Below, one piece after another: positions 62,415 through 64,000 of a stretch of DNA of 64,000 nucleotides. Within the stretch, counting starts at the first letter, position 1. Every line of letters starts with the position of its first letter. The DNA lies in assembly GCF_006345805.1 (NCBI RefSeq), contig NC_043022.1, positions 3,968,001 to 4,032,000 of the forward strand. Direction: 5' to 3'. Source of the DNA: Octopus sinensis. Its lineage: Eukaryota. Made by a program: the position numbers and the translations under genes. The notes below the pieces were generated by a model that was not told where the DNA came from, made no database searches, and was given only the letters and a program-made list of their open reading frames with translations.

Positions 62415-64000
62415 GTAAAGAGTTAATTTTGATTATTTTTTCTTATACCTGCAGTTATCATCATGATCTTCATCGTTGTTTTAACCCTTTAGCTACCAAC
62501 CTGCCTGAAAGCATTTATACTCTCTTTACTCTTTTACTTGTTTCAGTCATTTGACTGCGGCCATGCTGGAGCACCGCCTTTAATCGAGCAACTCAACCCC
62601 GGGACTTATTCATTGTAAGCCCAGTACTTATTCTATCGGTCTCTTTTGCCGAACCGCTAAGTGACGGGGACATAAACACACCAGCATCGGTTGTCAAGCA
62701 ATGTTGGGGGGGGACAAACACACACATGCATATATATATATACATATATACGACAGGCTTCTTTCAGTTTCCATCTACCAAATCCATTCACAAGGCTTTG
62801 GTCGGTCCGAGGCTATAGTAAAAGACACTTGCCCAAGGTGCCACGCAGTGGGACTGAACCCGGAACCATGTGGTTGGTAAACAAGCTACTTACTACACAG
62901 CCACTCCTTATGATACAAATTTCCCATTTTAAAGTAATCTAAATTAAAATTTCATGTTAATTTATGTTCCAAGCCTCAGCTGAATAGTGTCAGAAATATT
63001 TTAACATTTCTTTTTTATTATTTTCAAAATTAGTTGATAAAAAGGCAGTGTATTTCACCAGAAATATGGTAATGAAAGGGCTAATGTCTCCCTTTCCATG
63101 ATTGCATGAGGCTAACAGAATTCATTGAGGCAGATTTTTTTATGTCTAACCATGGGGGGTGGGGAAATATTACCTAGCTTCACAACAGGTGAGGTGTAAT
63201 GACAGGAAGGACATCCAGCTATAGAAAATGTACTTCAATAAACTCTGACCCTCTACCATTATATTTGTGAAGCTCGAGGGACCCACAAAGCCAGGCTGAG
63301 AACTGCCGCTTTATGTAGTCTGCAAACCTACAAGAAATAGCAGCCGAATCTCCCTTAACACGTTTATATTTAGATTACTCTGTCCAATGTAATGCTTTTT
63401 TCTTTCTTTTACTTGTTTCAGTCATTTGACTGTGGCCATGCTGGAGCACCACCTTTAGTCGAGCAAATCGACCCCGGGACTTATTCTTTTGTAAGCCCAG
63501 TACTTATTCTATCGGTCTATTTTGCCGAATCGCTAAGTGACGGGGTTAATGCTTTTTTATTCCCATTGATTTGTATTAATCATTGATTATCTCACAAGAG
63601 ATGAGGAGAGACCAACTTGCAAGGCCTCCACAATGACGGGAAGAGGATTTAATCAAAGAATGATGCAATCAAGACAGAAATGGAAGTGCATTGTGACCAG
63701 CGGTGTATAACCGCATCTGATGGTCTGATTGATGCTGTGATAAGGTGTGCTTAGTCAGGGCTGACCGTGGCTTATTCAATATCAGCATCATTTTACGTTA
63801 AAAGAGAGAAAACGAAATGAAAAACCAACACAAATTAACTCTCTTTACTCTCTTTTACTTGTTTCAGTCATTTGACTGCGGCCATGCTGGAGCACCGCTT
63901 TTAGTCGAGCAAATCGACCCCGGGACTTATTCTTTGTAAGCCCAGTACTTATTCTATCGGTCTCTTTTGCCGAACCGCTAAGTGACGGGGACATAAACAC

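Overview
Eukaryotic, repeat-rich genomic DNA. The SINE families and the microsatellite load suggest an octopus or other coleoid cephalopod (inference). I reconstructed three intron-containing genes by hand from GT-AG boundaries and reading-frame phase. ZMYND12 is on the - strand (4 coding exons, 10490->251, continuing off the left edge). NIF3L1 is on the - strand (5 exons, complete, 36859/36730->29578). MAD2L2/REV7 is on the + strand (6 exons, 38173->62414, last exon probably beyond the window). NIF3L1 and MAD2L2 are head-to-head about 1.3 kb apart. The rest is decayed RTE and CR1-type LINEs, several tRNA-derived SINE families, MITEs, non-autonomous Helitrons and long micro/minisatellites; most ORF-track entries are repeat artefacts. 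The most notable unannotated signal is a set of at least five unrelated short element families carrying type I hammerhead ribozyme folds (CUGANGA...GAAA...NUH, with a very short, often palindromic stem III). They are mostly beside (TA)n tracts and often form fold-back or partial-tandem structures, as Penelope-type retrozymes do. One family fuses a tRNA-like head to a hammerhead. Inside the mapped genes, intact cores lie antisense to the host gene and sense copies are disabled. All folds were read by eye and none is experimentally verified.
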